Assembly (NCBI GenBank): GCA_013115145.1
Contig: JAAPAO010000116.1
Location: 7,823 to 71,822, forward strand
DNA: 64,000 nucleotides
Source of the DNA: Perkinsus chesapeaki ATCC PRA-425
Taxonomy: Eukaryota > Protista > Perkinsozoa
Direction: 5' to 3'
The position numbers and the translations under genes were made by a program. The stretch's first letter is position 1. Each line of letters starts with the position of its first letter. Of this stretch, positions 51,201 to 64,000 are shown in pieces. The notes beneath the pieces were generated by a model. It saw nothing but the letters and a program-made list of their open reading frames with translations. It had not been told where the DNA came from and searched no databases.

Positions 51201-54200
51201 AATCGCAAGGGCGCTCGTGCAACAGAAAAACTGTCATTCTACCTCGAGTCTGCTGACGGCCGCGCGCTCGACCTCCTCAACAGCCACTTTGTCCATCCAT
51301 TAACACTTCTCCTGCATCACCTCGAGGCGATCAATAGAGCAATCCCGGAAGGTCATCCTGCCGTCGACGCCTGCTTGAGGGCTGTCCGAAAGTTCTTGGA
51401 CTCGTGCACTTTGGGATCGACAAGCCCTATGTCGGCACTACTGATGTTGGAGGAGTGCCTCGACAGATATGACGCCCTGGTTCGGGCAGTGCCATCGCAT
51501 TTACTCAAAGCTGGCGCTGGTGCGGTGACGAGCGTGAGGCGGTCTGTGGCTACTTTCAGAGCCATGCAGGTGAGAGAACGGCTTTGAACATTTATTACAA
51601 TCGGTGGAGTGCTCGACAGCTGTCTTCGTAAAACATTTTTTGAACACCGAAGAAGTCTGCTACCCCCCTCGACAGGGATCGTATCGAACGTGTTTTGGGG
51701 AGGCTGACGCATCCTTCTGAAGATAGCTCTGTTACTCTAGGGCCGCTGAATCAAAAACCAGTATATACGATGTTCGCTGCTTTTATTCCAGATTGCTTCC
51801 TGGCGCGATCTCCGAGCCTCTCGGGAAGCCTTCTGGCGCTCCAAGGCGCGCGGTCGGTGGTTTGCTCGGCTTTGGTCGGCAGCGAAGAGCACCAAGCTCG
51901 AGGGTGCTGAGGACAGGCTGAAGGCGGAGCTGTTTGATACAGGCATGAGGTGAAGTGTAACAGAACCGGGGAAATCTGAAATACGTTTTTTCTATCAGAT
52001 TCGTGCGCACATCTCCGCTGGTGCAATTTTCGGAGCGTGTTGCTATCATCAAGACGGTTGGTGAGTTGCTAAATGTTCCTGTACTGCAGCATCTTCACGG
52101 TATGGCAATGGTGTGGCTGCCTTATGTTGATAAACAAATGGAGATACATCGTAAAGTGAGAATGATAGTGTGATCTATGGGGAGACTAGTTGAGGCTAGT
52201 ACAATGTCTCGAAAGCAGCAATAGATAACTTTTGTTTGGCTGTGGCGTCGCGTGCGGCGGCTATCACTATAAGAAATAAAGAGAACCACCAAAAGGTCAA
52301 AAAGTTTTGGGAATTCCGCGTGATTTGAATCTCCGCGACAAATTTTCTGAAATTTCCTGACAGCTTCCTTTGATGGAAGTGGGTGGTGTGTATGAGCCAT
52401 GTGTGCTGCTGTGTTACTGAGTAGTAATAGAACTACCAGTTGCATCATCCACCGGCTTCAGGCGCTGGAGAAGGAAGTTAAGGAGCTTATACAGTGTGCT
52501 CGATGGGACTTGGGACCATCAGCGAATCATGCAGCGTTCCGAGATATGACCAAGCGAGCTCATAAACAACTGGCGAAGGCTGCCAGAATGTAAGCTGCTG
52601 TTCGCCTCCTTCATTCTTGTGACTGACGGCGCAAGCTTTCCGGGGAGAAGGGAACCGATATCGGATTGTGAATGGTACACTGAGGAAGAATTTGAGGTGC
52701 AAATTTCCCAGCAGTGAGGTTGTTGAAGAATGCAAGAAGATGTTCTAATGTTCCTCCTAAAGATGTCCTGAGGTTTGAATTACTTGCTCAGGTTCGACTC
52801 GGCGGTATTAGCCCCGACAGATCCGATCTTGGCCGCTGTCACGTTGACGCCACCGTTGAGAGTCGGACAGGAAATGAAGTGTCGAGAGCTTTGTGAGGCA
52901 CTGTCCGACACGAAGGCGTTCTTGATGGGGGAGAATCCTGCCCAGGCGAAGAGGAGACAAATGATACAGCTGAAGGATTATATAGTTGAAGAGGTAGGGG
53001 AATTGGAAATCTAGAGGCCCCGCTGGAGAGTATGATAGAAGGGGGCCTCGGCTGGCTCTTTGCAAATTCATCGCGAGCTATTATTCAGTATATGGGCTGA
53101 TCGAGCACTGATGGTGACTGTGGTCGGGAAGTGATAGAAGAATAGTTTTCCTTTCGGGTTTGGCCTGTAGATCCATTTCTAGTTTAAGTCTTCCGAGAAA
53201 TACACTTTGTTTGGGGTAGATGATTTGCCTGTCGCTTCTCGCGTACACGTGCCGATGAGAAATCTGCTACATTGCGGTCGAACTTTCCAGAGCCATCAGT
53301 TGCAAGAATTCATACGGTGGAAATCCTTGGGTTTTAGCGCTTTGCTGAGGAGGTCGAAATTCAGGAAAAATATTTTTTACATGCTGGTTTTCTCAGGTTC
53401 CGGTGCCCCCTGGCAGCCCAGCTACTATAGATTTGTCGACGGAAGTGATGGCAGGAAGTCCCCTCGTAAGGGAAGAAGGATCGGACATGAAACTCAGTCG
53501 AACCTTCAACGTGAGCCTTGGTGAAGTGTGAAGCGACCATTGGCGGTCATTTAGATATGTCTTCACGAATGGCTCAAGTTGTCTTCGTTGCACAAAGCTC
53601 CTCCTAGTATGGATTTGCCTATGGACCAACTGAACTGGTGGATGCAACGTAAGCAAGACACATAGTGATATTCTCTATCGGAAGGTTTTAAGATGATTTC
53701 GGTACGGTGTCGTCCTACCAAGTACCTAGTACCTTTTGGAAGGAATAATTCGGATGAAATGTCTTTCATCCTCATCTGACTTATAATTTTCATAATTCTA
53801 TTTTCAATTTGTCTCTTATCATTTTTTAATAACTCCAGTCTACCCATCAGACGAGCAAGTATTTGTCAACCCCAAATCCACAAAAGGACATTAACTCGTA
53901 CAATACTCATCATTACTGGACTGGGAATAATAGCAAAACCGATGGTATTATTCAGAGAAGCGTTTTATATGTGTACGGTAACATTTACTCGTAGAAAGCC
54001 GCTACTCCGGATTCCCGGATCGCCCCTTGCAAAAATAGGTTCAATGAGAAAGAGGAGCTTCGTGAGCGGCTCAGTAGATGCAAAACCCAGTTGTTATTAT
54101 TTCTTTGTGCCTTCAGGTGTGGTGCAACTCTTCCATGATACACTTAATACTGCTGGTCGGCGGCGCTGGTTAAAGTCTGTCGATGAGGCCATGAGCATTG

Positions 54201-57200
54201 TTGATGAGACTGACAGTATTGTTGTCGAGGGTCAGGCGGACGTCATCTCCTTGGTGACGCTGCTTGACTCGGCAGTGAACGAGTCAGTGGTGAGTTTCGA
54301 GGGCATGCGGGGAGTTTGCTAAATACAGGAATAACACAGCCATTATGCGATTGGGAAAAACCTTGAAGTTCACGGCGTGGAGCCAGCATGCGATAATGAA
54401 CTTTCAGGAGAACCACCACAGGAAAAGCACAATGTTTGATGAAAGAGAAATATGAAACTGAAGGATTGAAACGTTGAATGTTGATCGGATACTTGTCGAG
54501 TATATTTTTCGTCAGAGCGAGAATTGATCTTCTCAAAGACATATCTGACATTCTGGAAGGGGTTCGTGTTATATAATTTCTATATCGTGCAGAGCAGACG
54601 AGTTACAGATGCCGTCACCGTCTATCAGCATGCTGCTTTCAGGCCCAGCTATCGGCTGTCTCGTCTAAGCCGCTTGCCCCAATCCCGACCGTTGTGAAGG
54701 ATTCGCTGGATTCAATGTGCCCCGAGATCGAACAGATTACGTCACGACTGGACGGAGGTGAAGAGAGCAACTCGTTGTTGGTTAGGGGGGAGTGGATTGA
54801 GCAACTGAAGGGTGCGGCGAGGTAAGTAGGTTCCACAGCTTGTCGGATTGACGCTTTTACGAGTGAATATGATATAATAGAAGTATTGTCGGGAAAAGGC
54901 TCCTAGCCTAATGACCAACACCAAGGTGCATTCCTTCTCGGTGACTGTGATGCTAGCAGCTTAGATATAACTGAATATCCTTCGAGCCTACTTATGCCGA
55001 TGACATGTTAGTCTTGTACTACTCTTTGTATTGCTTATTTTAGATTTTTAATGTTTTCATACTATTACCCGTAATTTTTAATAATAAATCAATTTCGTTG
55101 ATCTGCTCTAGCTGTATACAATCATCCCTTCAACGGCTAATATTTTTTCGCAAAGGTCAAATCTTCTCGTTGACAAGTGAATACAGTAATCGCATTTCCT
55201 AGTTGTAAGTATCGCTGATCAGGTCCATGGTGGAGTATCTAAGGTCGCCCGCTTGCCTGTCGCTCATTCCAAGACTGGCTGAAGTCGCTACAGAGCTATC
55301 GTCCTGTGTTGACGCTCTCGTCATAAAGCTCTGTCCGATAGGATGTGACGAGGTCTCGGCTGCGGACCTTAGCAAGGCGATTAGCGGGGAGCTGCCCTAC
55401 GATGGCCCACAGGCTTCCGAGGCGCTGAAAAATCTCAGAGAGGGCAGAATGTAAGATTCTGGATTTTTCGACTGAAATTAGCTTTTTTCTTAGTTCTGGC
55501 GGGATGGCTATGACGCCGTCGTCGGAGCTGGATGGGGAGTTGGAGTCGTCGCTGATTGGTTTGCATGCCATGATTAAATTCGTGTGTCATCTCCATCAAG
55601 AGGGGCTTAGTCTGTCTGAAGGGGAGGACGCTGAAGGAGGAGAAGGTCGTGAAGGTGAGGAAGGAGAGCTGATGTGGGATAAGATTAGGTCATGGGAGTG
55701 GGAGGTTTCTGAGAATACTGCCGAGAAAAAAACCGTAAAAATTTTTTCCTTCAAAGGCATGCAGTTCTTGCGGAGATACCCGGGATGGATTGGCCTTGCA
55801 AACTCAGAGGTATAGGATGAGAGGCAGCTAATAAGCTTTACCCTTTCACAGTAAAATCTTCACTCAATGTGCTATCGATATTAAAGAGGAATTGCACTAT
55901 TGCATGTACTTTCCAAGTTCGAAATTCTAACCTCATGTTTTTACGGTTGGTTTGCCTCTCACATTCAGTTAACTTCGTCCTTAACTTTAGATGGACGAAA
56001 ATTTCCTGATCGATCGATTGATCGATTTTGGATATTAGCTATTGGGAGGCTGGATTTTCGTTCCCCGCTACGACAGGTACAACAGATTGGCAGCAGGGCA
56101 CCGGTCTCGGGGATGGCTCTGGAGCTCGAGATGTCAGTGACGAAATTGAGGATAAGAATATGTTTGATACTCTACAAGAGGAAAAGAAGGAGCAAGCACA
56201 GGAGCAGCAGCAACCGCCTCAGGTAAGCGTTATCCGGGGCTTTCTGGCGTGGTGGTCGAGCAGGGGCCAATGAGATTGAAATGTTCGCCTACTTCTAGTT
56301 GATGTACACTACTCGATTTCACTGTAGCTCCTCACGTTGGTCATATCGCACTGGAGGCGCGTTGGCAATATACTGCTCCACACATTCTTATCGTAAACGG
56401 ATATATAGTAGCTTGTGGATTAAGGGGAGCTGATGTGAGAAGAATTTGTCGGTATCGAATTGAGTGTTTTGCTCGGGTCTGGAAAATGGTCTTACTTTGG
56501 AGATATAATGGATGGTATGTCTTTATAAGATAAGCATCAATTGCATTCCTCCTAGGAGCACTTGGTATCCGTGAACTCCTGGTCATTCACAATAATCAGC
56601 AACATGACAACGCAATTGACTCCCTGTTAATTGTTAATATCAAATATTACTAGTGCTATGCATTTATGAACCGATTTATAATCTAACCGAGCCGTGCTAG
56701 GGTACTTAGACCTAGCGGTTTGATTCTGGCTGGAAATTCTGGCGTTGTATTGGTGGTCTTGGCAGGATTCCGAAGAGGACAAGAGTAAGGGTGTGGAAGT
56801 TGGCGATATAATGGATGTTGATGGTCCCGAGGAGAACGTCCAGAGTAGGTTAGATTTTGTGGCGCGCGGTAATTTGACGGGTTCAGGAGAGCCAAATGAG
56901 GATGAGAAGGAAGATAAGGAGAATGATGATATGGATAGGGAGATGGGGGATGTGGATTTGAAGGAAGGAGGAGAGATTGAGCAGAAACAGAAGGGACCTG
57001 AAGAGGAGGAGGACAATGACGAGGTAAAGTCGATAGTTGGTTCTGGACCATGTCATATAAGGCTAAGATTGGGGAAATAAATTTAGTTATAAAGTAGCAC
57101 CTAGGGGTATTCTTCTTTTATTCTTAAAAGCTGTTGGCAGGAGGGCATGATGAAAGGTACAGTGGATAGTTTGTTTTCGACTGAGTGAGTCGCTGAATTC

Positions 57201-60181
57201 TTGGCCTACGCCGAGATCCTCCCAGAATATATTTATAATATCATGAATCATATTATTATTGCGCCATGTGCTGTGGACGGCGGCGGAATCAGGCTATGAT
57301 CCCTTTGTTCATCCGCGGCAGTCTGGCTGTGTTGCTGGACTAGAATTTGCTCTCCTTTTTCAGGGCTCAGACTCCGAGGACGATGAGAATGCCGAGAAGA
57401 AACAGGATGAAAATATCGAGACGAAGGGAGGCGAAAAACAGGCCGAGACCGACGTGGTGGCTGCGGAGGAGGAGGGAGAGGGCGAGGCCGATGAGGAACA
57501 GAAAAGTAGGACTTGTCAGCGTATAGGCTACCGGAAGACTGTGCCGCTGTCAGATGGTGAAAATGAGAAGAACTCCGAGGAGGGTGATGAGAAGGCGGAT
57601 GATGGGGATGAAAACGGCGAGGATGATGGTGAAGGTGAGTTGGGTGAAATGCTGTGGTAGGGTAGGCGCATTTAGGGAGCATCAACGAGGAAAGCGGCGA
57701 CGAGGAGGATGAGGCATTCGAGGCCTCGCTGGCGAAGGCTAAGGAAGATCAGGAATCTGGAGAAGAGGGAGAAGATGGTGAGAATGCTAGACAAGACGGA
57801 GAGGCCGATGAGGACGATATGGATTTGGATGATGATATGGTGAGCCCGGGGATCGAACCGGGGGACTCCCGGATGATGGGATCGTAGGCTCTTGATGGGG
57901 ATGTTGGCGGAGACTCCGACGACGCTGTTACTGACGATGAGGAGGATGCGGATTTGGACGATGAGGATGCGAAGTCGGTACACGATGAAGATAAGGAGAA
58001 GGACGGGGAGGATGAGGCAAGCTGTCGTGTATCTTTGATTCTTCACAGTGCGAATGTCCAGGCCGATACAGCTCCTGAAGACGAAACGGAGAAGTTGAAC
58101 TCCATAGAGGCTGCCGAGGACCAAGACACGCTCATGGAGAACGCAGCGGAAGCCGCGCCTCAACCTCAGAGAAATGCCGCTAGTTCTGAGGATGAAGAAG
58201 GTAAGGATAATAATACAGATCAGTTGGGGAATGGCTTACTCAGGTGCGCAGGGCGAGGAGCTCACTGGTGGACGAGATAACGACGCACATAATGAAGATG
58301 AGCCTACTAGAGACCAGCCGCAAGGAGCTGAGGTAAGCCGAAGAGCGCGTTCCTGAAAAAATTAACTCGATTGCATCATATTTTAACTTGATGTTACAAC
58401 TTAGTGTTTAGTGCGCGTTTCCTTCGGCATCGTTAGTTCGTATGAACACTAAAAGGTATTGGTGTTAGGATGCGGGCCGAGATGATGAAGGTGCTACAGT
58501 GAGAGAGAGTGGACCGCAGGGGAAGTCTAGTAAGGAACAAAAGAAGAAAGTGAGGGAGCTATTCGTGAGGGACGCTTACTTTATCGATTCGATCAGGCCC
58601 CGCCAGCTCCTCCCAACCCGCTGAAGGATTCAGTCGACGAGGTCGAAAAATGGCTTAAGCGGATCCAGCTTGTAGATGAAGACGAGAACGGTGACGAAGA
58701 GGAAGGGCAAGGTGAAGGAGAGAGTGAGGAAGAGCAACAAGGTCTCAATAAGGATGCCGTGAGATGATTTTGGTCAGCGGGAAGTTCCCGGATTTCCGTT
58801 CTCAGGCACAAGATGAGTCGTCCAAGTTGGAGGGTGTTGCCGAGGCTACGGGGGACAGCGCTGAGCACGCTGGGGAGCTGGAGAGGGAAGATGAAGAAGA
58901 GGATGAGGGAGAGACTGACGAGATGGACGTTGACGAAAATGAAGATGAGAGCGCGGAGAATAAGGACGGTTTAGGTGAGTCCGTTGTGACGGAAACGTGC
59001 AGCGTAACGGGATCGACTCTTACTGATGTTGCCTGCGAGAAATATGTTGTATCACAGATGTATTTTCAGGTCCAGCTCCTCATAAAAGCCCGGAAGATAA
59101 GACCTCAAAGGAACAAAAGAAATCAGAGGATGTTTCCGAAGAGAAGGACGCCACGTTGAAGGAAGATCGGCCAGCAAATGGCAAATCTCACGCCGCTCCA
59201 AGATCGGAGATCTCTAAGAATACACAGGCTTTGACAGCAATGGCTGAAGAGGACGATGGGGATGTTGAGATGAGAAGTGGAGAAGGTCAAGAAGATATCA
59301 TATACAACGCAGGTGGAGAAGGAGATGTTAGCAACGAGCGTCTCCAGCAAATCGATCGCCTCTCTACGAGTGTTTGCAGCGAGCTTACTGAAAGATTGAG
59401 AATGGTCCTTGAGCCCACCAAGCGTGGAGGCATGCAGGGCGACTACAAGACTGGCAAGAGGCTCAATATGCGAAAAGTCCTTGCGTGGGTGGCCAGCGAC
59501 TATAGGAAAGATCGTATTTGGTTAAGGAGGAATAAGCCCAGCAAGCGAGAGCATAATGTTATTGTGTGCTTGGACAACACCAAATCTATGCGATCGAACG
59601 AATCTGGCGAGCTCTCACTGTGCGCAGTTTATGCTATCACACAAGCCATGTCCCGGCTTGAAATTGGTACCGTTGGAGTTAGCTCTTTCGGTAGCTCGGT
59701 TCGCCCACTGAGGACACTGGCATCACCTGCTCCTTTGAGTCTACCGGAACTACTGCAGCACTTCAACTTCGATGAAGAGAGTGCCGGCTCTATGTCACGA
59801 TCTCTGCCAGCTGTGCTAGATGATTGTGATGAGCAGTTCAGTCACGTTGTCGGGGAAGACTACAAACAGGCATGTTTGGCAGTTGTTGTAACAGATGGAC
59901 GTTTCAATAAGGAAGCCGTGCGGCACTCGGTCCAGAACATGCTGAGCAAGAACAGACTACCAGTTCTCATAATCGTTGATGAATCCGCGGACTCTGGACG
60001 GTCTATCTATAATCTCAAAGAGGTTATTAGAGACCCGACGGGCCGCAGTCGAATGGCTCCCTTCTTGTCTAACAAAGACTTCCCATTTCCATTTTATGCT
60101 GTTATACAAGACGTCTCCCAGTTGCCCAACGTCCTTAGTGATGTGATCAAGCAATGGGTCGAGGTGACTGCTACTAGGTGA
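36229..60181 (+). CDS. MDN1: Midasin (MDN1/Rea1) AAA+ ATPase, multi-exon
   Basis: Six AAA modules: D1 GPSGCGKT (37287) / IEDID; D2 GDTGCGKT / LDEIN; D3 GPTGAGKT / LDELN; D4 GETGTGKT / LDEAS; D5 GPPGTGKS / LDELN; D6 GDGGTGRR / LFTS. Then a long linker, a D/E-rich region, and a MIDAS/VWA domain (TGKRLNMRKV...CLDNTKSM). Confidence 0.97.
50761..51063. repeat. 43-bp tandem minisatellite spanning an N gap, intronic
   Basis: Unit GTATCTGGATATAGGTCGCAATGTTGTTTGATAAAGGCTAAC(C/T) starts at 50761, 50804 and 50847 and continues after the Ns at 50877-50975. Confidence 0.95.
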
Positions 60182-60399
60182 TGAAAGTCACATATAGCAC
60201 CTTAGCCTTTACCAACGTATTTTACTAGTGTTACTCTTCATCACTGTTTCATTCCTACTATCATGCTTTTGTGTATGTTAGTGAAAAAGTCCAAGGCATG
60301 CTAGAGAGAAGGTATCCACAAGCGCTCAGGATTGATCGAGCGAGCAAAGGCAATGTGCCAATCGAAAGGTTCCAACGATCAGGTTAGACACTAATAAAA

Positions 60400-62450
60400 A
60401 AACTCAAGTCGAATTGTCCGATCAAATAGAAAGAAGTCTTGCCCACTGGTGATGCTAAGGTGATGCTTACCCACTGGAATTTATCCAGTGAGGCCTATTG
60501 CGTATCAGCAGCCTTCATGCCTACAGCTGCTACTAGAAATGTCCACCGTTATAGCCTCATAATGAGGCCCTCATTCGACTTCTAACAAACTGTCGATACA
60601 ATGACTATCGTTGCAGGCAGGTCCCAGGTGTGGAGCCATCTCTGAATAGTATTCAGTGAACACTTACGCAAGGGCGTAATACGCCCTATATGAAGTTCAT
60701 ATGGTAATTGGTTTACCGCCATGCCAATTCTACTGCCCTTAAAACGCCCACTCTTCCAAAAGCCATTTTCTCACCACTTCTTGTAACCCCAGGAATGCTG
60801 CTCTGTTTTATAATAGATTTCACTCTTTTTGCGCTTAAAGGCTGTGCAGCTACGCTTTTCATCATAGCCACTAACCCAGCAACAACGGCGGCTCAAGTGG
60901 GCCATGAGCAGTGGCTGCCACACACAAAACCCGGTTTTAAAAACCGAGTCTATTTTTAGTATATTCACAAGACCAGACTTTATTCCCAGGTTTTAGAGAT
61001 ATCTTGTCGTTCATTCCCTGCTGAACAGATGAGTTAAATACCGGACCTGGACGCATTCTGGAGAGCGGCAAGAGCTCTATTGCCGAACGGCTTCTCTCGC
61101 CCTGAGGCGAAGACGATTACATCTGCATGCGCATGCACCGCGCAGTTTATACTCGCTGCAGTGTTGTCGAGTACTCCGTCATAGAAAGGTATCAGCCTGA
61201 CGTAGTCCGTGATACCTGCGATACCTATCTTCCTGTTGATCAATGCCCCTAATTGGGCCCCAATGACACCAGCCATACGAGTTCCAAGGCCTTCTCTGTC
61301 ATGAGCATCGGTGTTTTTTGTGACCGCGTTGTATCGGGTAAATCGTTTTCTCTCACTGGAATACTTTTCGACACTGGTTTCAACACCACCTCGTATTTCT
61401 CAACACTTCGTCTTTGTGTTCGGCGCTATCTATTTTTAAAACACCAATGTGCGGTGTTGTAAATTACTGCTTCTCTTTTCAAAACTTTAATTGTTGAAAA
61501 GACCGAAGGCGGCATTTTTTGCTTGTGTAACACAAGTTATGTTTACGCAGTACAGCTGGCAGCTACTACCTGACCGGTGGCGAGTACTTAAATTCCCTAT
61601 GACGGCTATGAGTGACTCATCGCTTTATTCCGAGGATTTTTAATTGTTATTCACTCTACAGTAGTTGCATAATGTAGCTTACCAGGGCCTGGATTTGGTT
61701 TTCTTACAGGTCTGCTGCGTGAGTGCGAGTACTATGGAGATGCACCCGTGATATGAAAACCACTAATGAAAACCGTTTACCACTTTTCACTTCATTGAAA
61801 CTGCGAAAAAATGTGTTAAACCTCGAAAACCGCAGTTAGCGCTACACACTTCGCCACGGTTTGCACGAAGTCATGCCACATCGCAAAGTAAGGAATGCTG
61901 TCCCGTTAGGATTGCAGTGCAAGGTACTGAGTGCTTTTGGTCAAAGTATCTTATGGATATGCGTGTCTCGCATTGCGAGATACACCAATACTTAAGCGAA
62001 CACAAGTCGTGAAAATGAGAGAAAAAACTGGAACAATCACTCGTGTGCTACTCCTATACCAGCCATGTTCAAATCGAACCCTGGTTCATGTCGGGAGCAA
62101 CCCTGGTTGTTCAGCCATGTACTTAAAAAGCAAAGGCACAGAATTTTTGCTGGTCTCCGGTCATGAGGTATTGAACCGATGTTGGACCCGACATATGAGA
62201 GTTCGAGTGAAAATGAGCTGCGAAGTGAAAAATGTTAGTCTGCCCTGGCACAGTCCCAGCAGTCCTAGAAATGTGGTGCATTCTCTGGTAGGATATTGGC
62301 TGGATACATCCCATTATAATTTGGGATACTCTAGGCAGGATGCAGGATATTGACCTGGCTATCCATGAAATGTGTAACCTACTTCGTGACAGTTGCATAA
62401 CAAGATCGGATGCTGGGCGCGCGCTAAAATGACCGTGTGCGAAATATAAC
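60400..62450 (-). pseudogene. Decayed subtilisin-like (S8) protease gene
   Basis: DAHDREGLGTRMAGVIGAQ...IGIAGITDYVRLIP matches the S8 HGT.VAG.I.A block. Possible Ser block YSEMAPHLG near 60620. Prodomain-like ORF at 62123-62488. Several stops. Confidence 0.5.
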
Positions 62451-62623
62451 ATTGAAACGGCCCACGAAACGGTTGATCGATATCTCATCGATTTCCCCTA
62501 GTGAAAATATATTTGGCAAATTTTGCATCGCAAGCCGCCCTACTGCGAGACATGACTAAAATTTGGCAATTTGCATAACAAATTTGCACACACTGTATGC
62601 ATATCGTAACATACATGACGAAG

Positions 62624-62875
62624 CCCTCGTGACGAGGGTTATTTTCAACACCGACAACGACTAAAAGTGTTGATAAGAACTATCATTGCAACGGTCTCCA
62701 ACAACACTTGCATGTGTTGAAAATGAAAGTGGTGAAAAGTATTTGTGCCAACGCATGTGTTGAAAACAATCCGCATGTGTTAGTAAGAACCACAGATGTG
62801 TTGAAAATATTATGTGTTGTCAGATACTGGTGTTGAAATATATTGTTCACCCACGTTGTATCCAGCAACCGTGAC
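62624..62875. repeat. Imperfect inverted-repeat element with internal TGTTGAAA repeats (MITE-like)
   Basis: Left GGGTTATTTTCAACACCGACAAC versus reverse complement of the right end GGGTGAACAATATATTTCAACACCAGTATCTGACAAC. Several internal TGTTGAAA copies. Confidence 0.3.
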
Positions 62876-64000
62876 GCGCCTCATCGATCAAATAGTCAGG
62901 GGTAATGGGCACACGACTATCTTATGATGACCTTTGTGCGGAGGAAGTACTTCGACGCCCGCAGAGGTTATTCCTCAGCGATAAATCATCAACTTTGTCT
63001 GGTTGGGGAGTGACCAGATATAACCTGTGTACCCCCATGAAAATGGGAAAAACGAATTTCGGACCAGCGAACCAGGATTCCTAATTCTCGTAACGGGAGT
63101 GACGTAACGTACTAAGAGAAGTAGATATGATAAGATAACTCAATCACATTCAGTATGTGAGGAGCCCGGGATATGAGGAGGCCCATAGTGGACAGCCCAT
63201 CGGTCAGGAGACACATCTACGCGGTTCAAGCTCCTATGGTGAGTCAATTGTGAGCTCCTGTTGTGTATACACTTAGCAGTGCTGCGAGTACTGAACATGG
63301 GCTCGAGTAGTTGTCTCTAATTTAGAAACCTCCTTTCGAGATGGTCATCATCAATTTCGACAAATCATTTGAACCTTGACCTTCAAATTGAGATATTCTG
63401 AAAGATCAACAAATATAAAGTTCCACTCGCCTGGAAAAATAAGGGATACTACTCAACAGGTAGGCATTTAAACGGTGGAGTCTACACCATGGAAAGCTAA
63501 GTGTGTCACAGACCGTCTGTGACCGACGCGTGCATCATATTCGGTGTATATATGTAAAGAAGTAGATAATATGTATTTATCAGCGTAGGCTATGTCCTCC
63601 TACGTGCACTAGTCTGATACTACCTGTGCTACGATTTCAGCATAACTTAGTGAGTTTAGGTAGTTGAGAATGGTTATCTTTGCATTGTTCTTTGTGGTTG
63701 CGCAGTTTGCTATTAGCTGTGTGATCTACACAGTTGCACGTGTACGTTAGGGTTTTCTGCGCCCTTAATAAGCCTTGGGTTGGAAGTTCTTTCTAGCATT
63801 CAATGTAGTCGGCTTGCTAGCGTCTAATAGAGCGACTGAATCTCAGTTCTGCTCTCTCAGTTACTCTATACATAATGCTGGTCTCTACCCTTCTATTATT
63901 CATCTATATTTCTGCTAGTCCATGCTTCTGTAACGCTCCATCCATCCCTTGACTATATCGATCAGTATGGCTAGCGCCAACTTATGTGACTGGCAGTTTC

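Noticed and set aside
57841-57890. Minus-strand GGTTCGATCCCC B-box-like motif
   Set aside because: It lies in a short midasin intron, the T stem is mismatched, and there is no D arm or acceptor stem.
7934-61400. Stop-codon reassignment suggested by several in-frame TGAs (7934, 29821, subtilisin relic)
   Set aside because: Conserved genes here (SCS, PTB1, midasin) end at TGA and their exons have no internal TGA. The cases fall in loci with other lesions.
60554-61980. 7-bp-arm palindromes (60554, 60642, 61966)
   Set aside because: About four are expected by chance in 64 kb.

Overview
Eukaryotic, intron-rich genomic DNA. Most introns are 35-55 nt GT-AG, and the standard code is used. The short introns and the divergent secreted GH18-like and subtilisin-like families are most consistent with a Perkinsus-like alveolate parasite (inference). 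Core genes: a 3-KH RNA-binding protein, succinyl-CoA synthetase alpha, two tandem PTB/hnRNP-L-type 4-RRM paralogues, WDR55/Jip5, a spliced coiled-coil protein, and a ~24 kb midasin (MDN1/Rea1) gene with all six AAA modules and the MIDAS domain. Accessory patches lie between them. (1) A spliced Mutator (MULE) transposase with intact DDE and SWIM motifs, cut at the window start. (2) A tRNA-derived relic followed by a hairpin-rich stretch. (3) An array of secreted GH18 chitinase-like proteins lacking the catalytic DxDxE motif, linked to a near-identical copy of the SCS 3' end and to a small 3-exon secreted gene that the ORF track misses. (4) A pair of decaying orphan secreted paralogues. (5) A decayed subtilisin with His changed to Leu. 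There is one assembly gap, inside a 43-bp minisatellite in a midasin intron. No rRNA, intact tRNA or CRISPR array was seen. Exon boundaries were placed by eye and are approximate unless stated.
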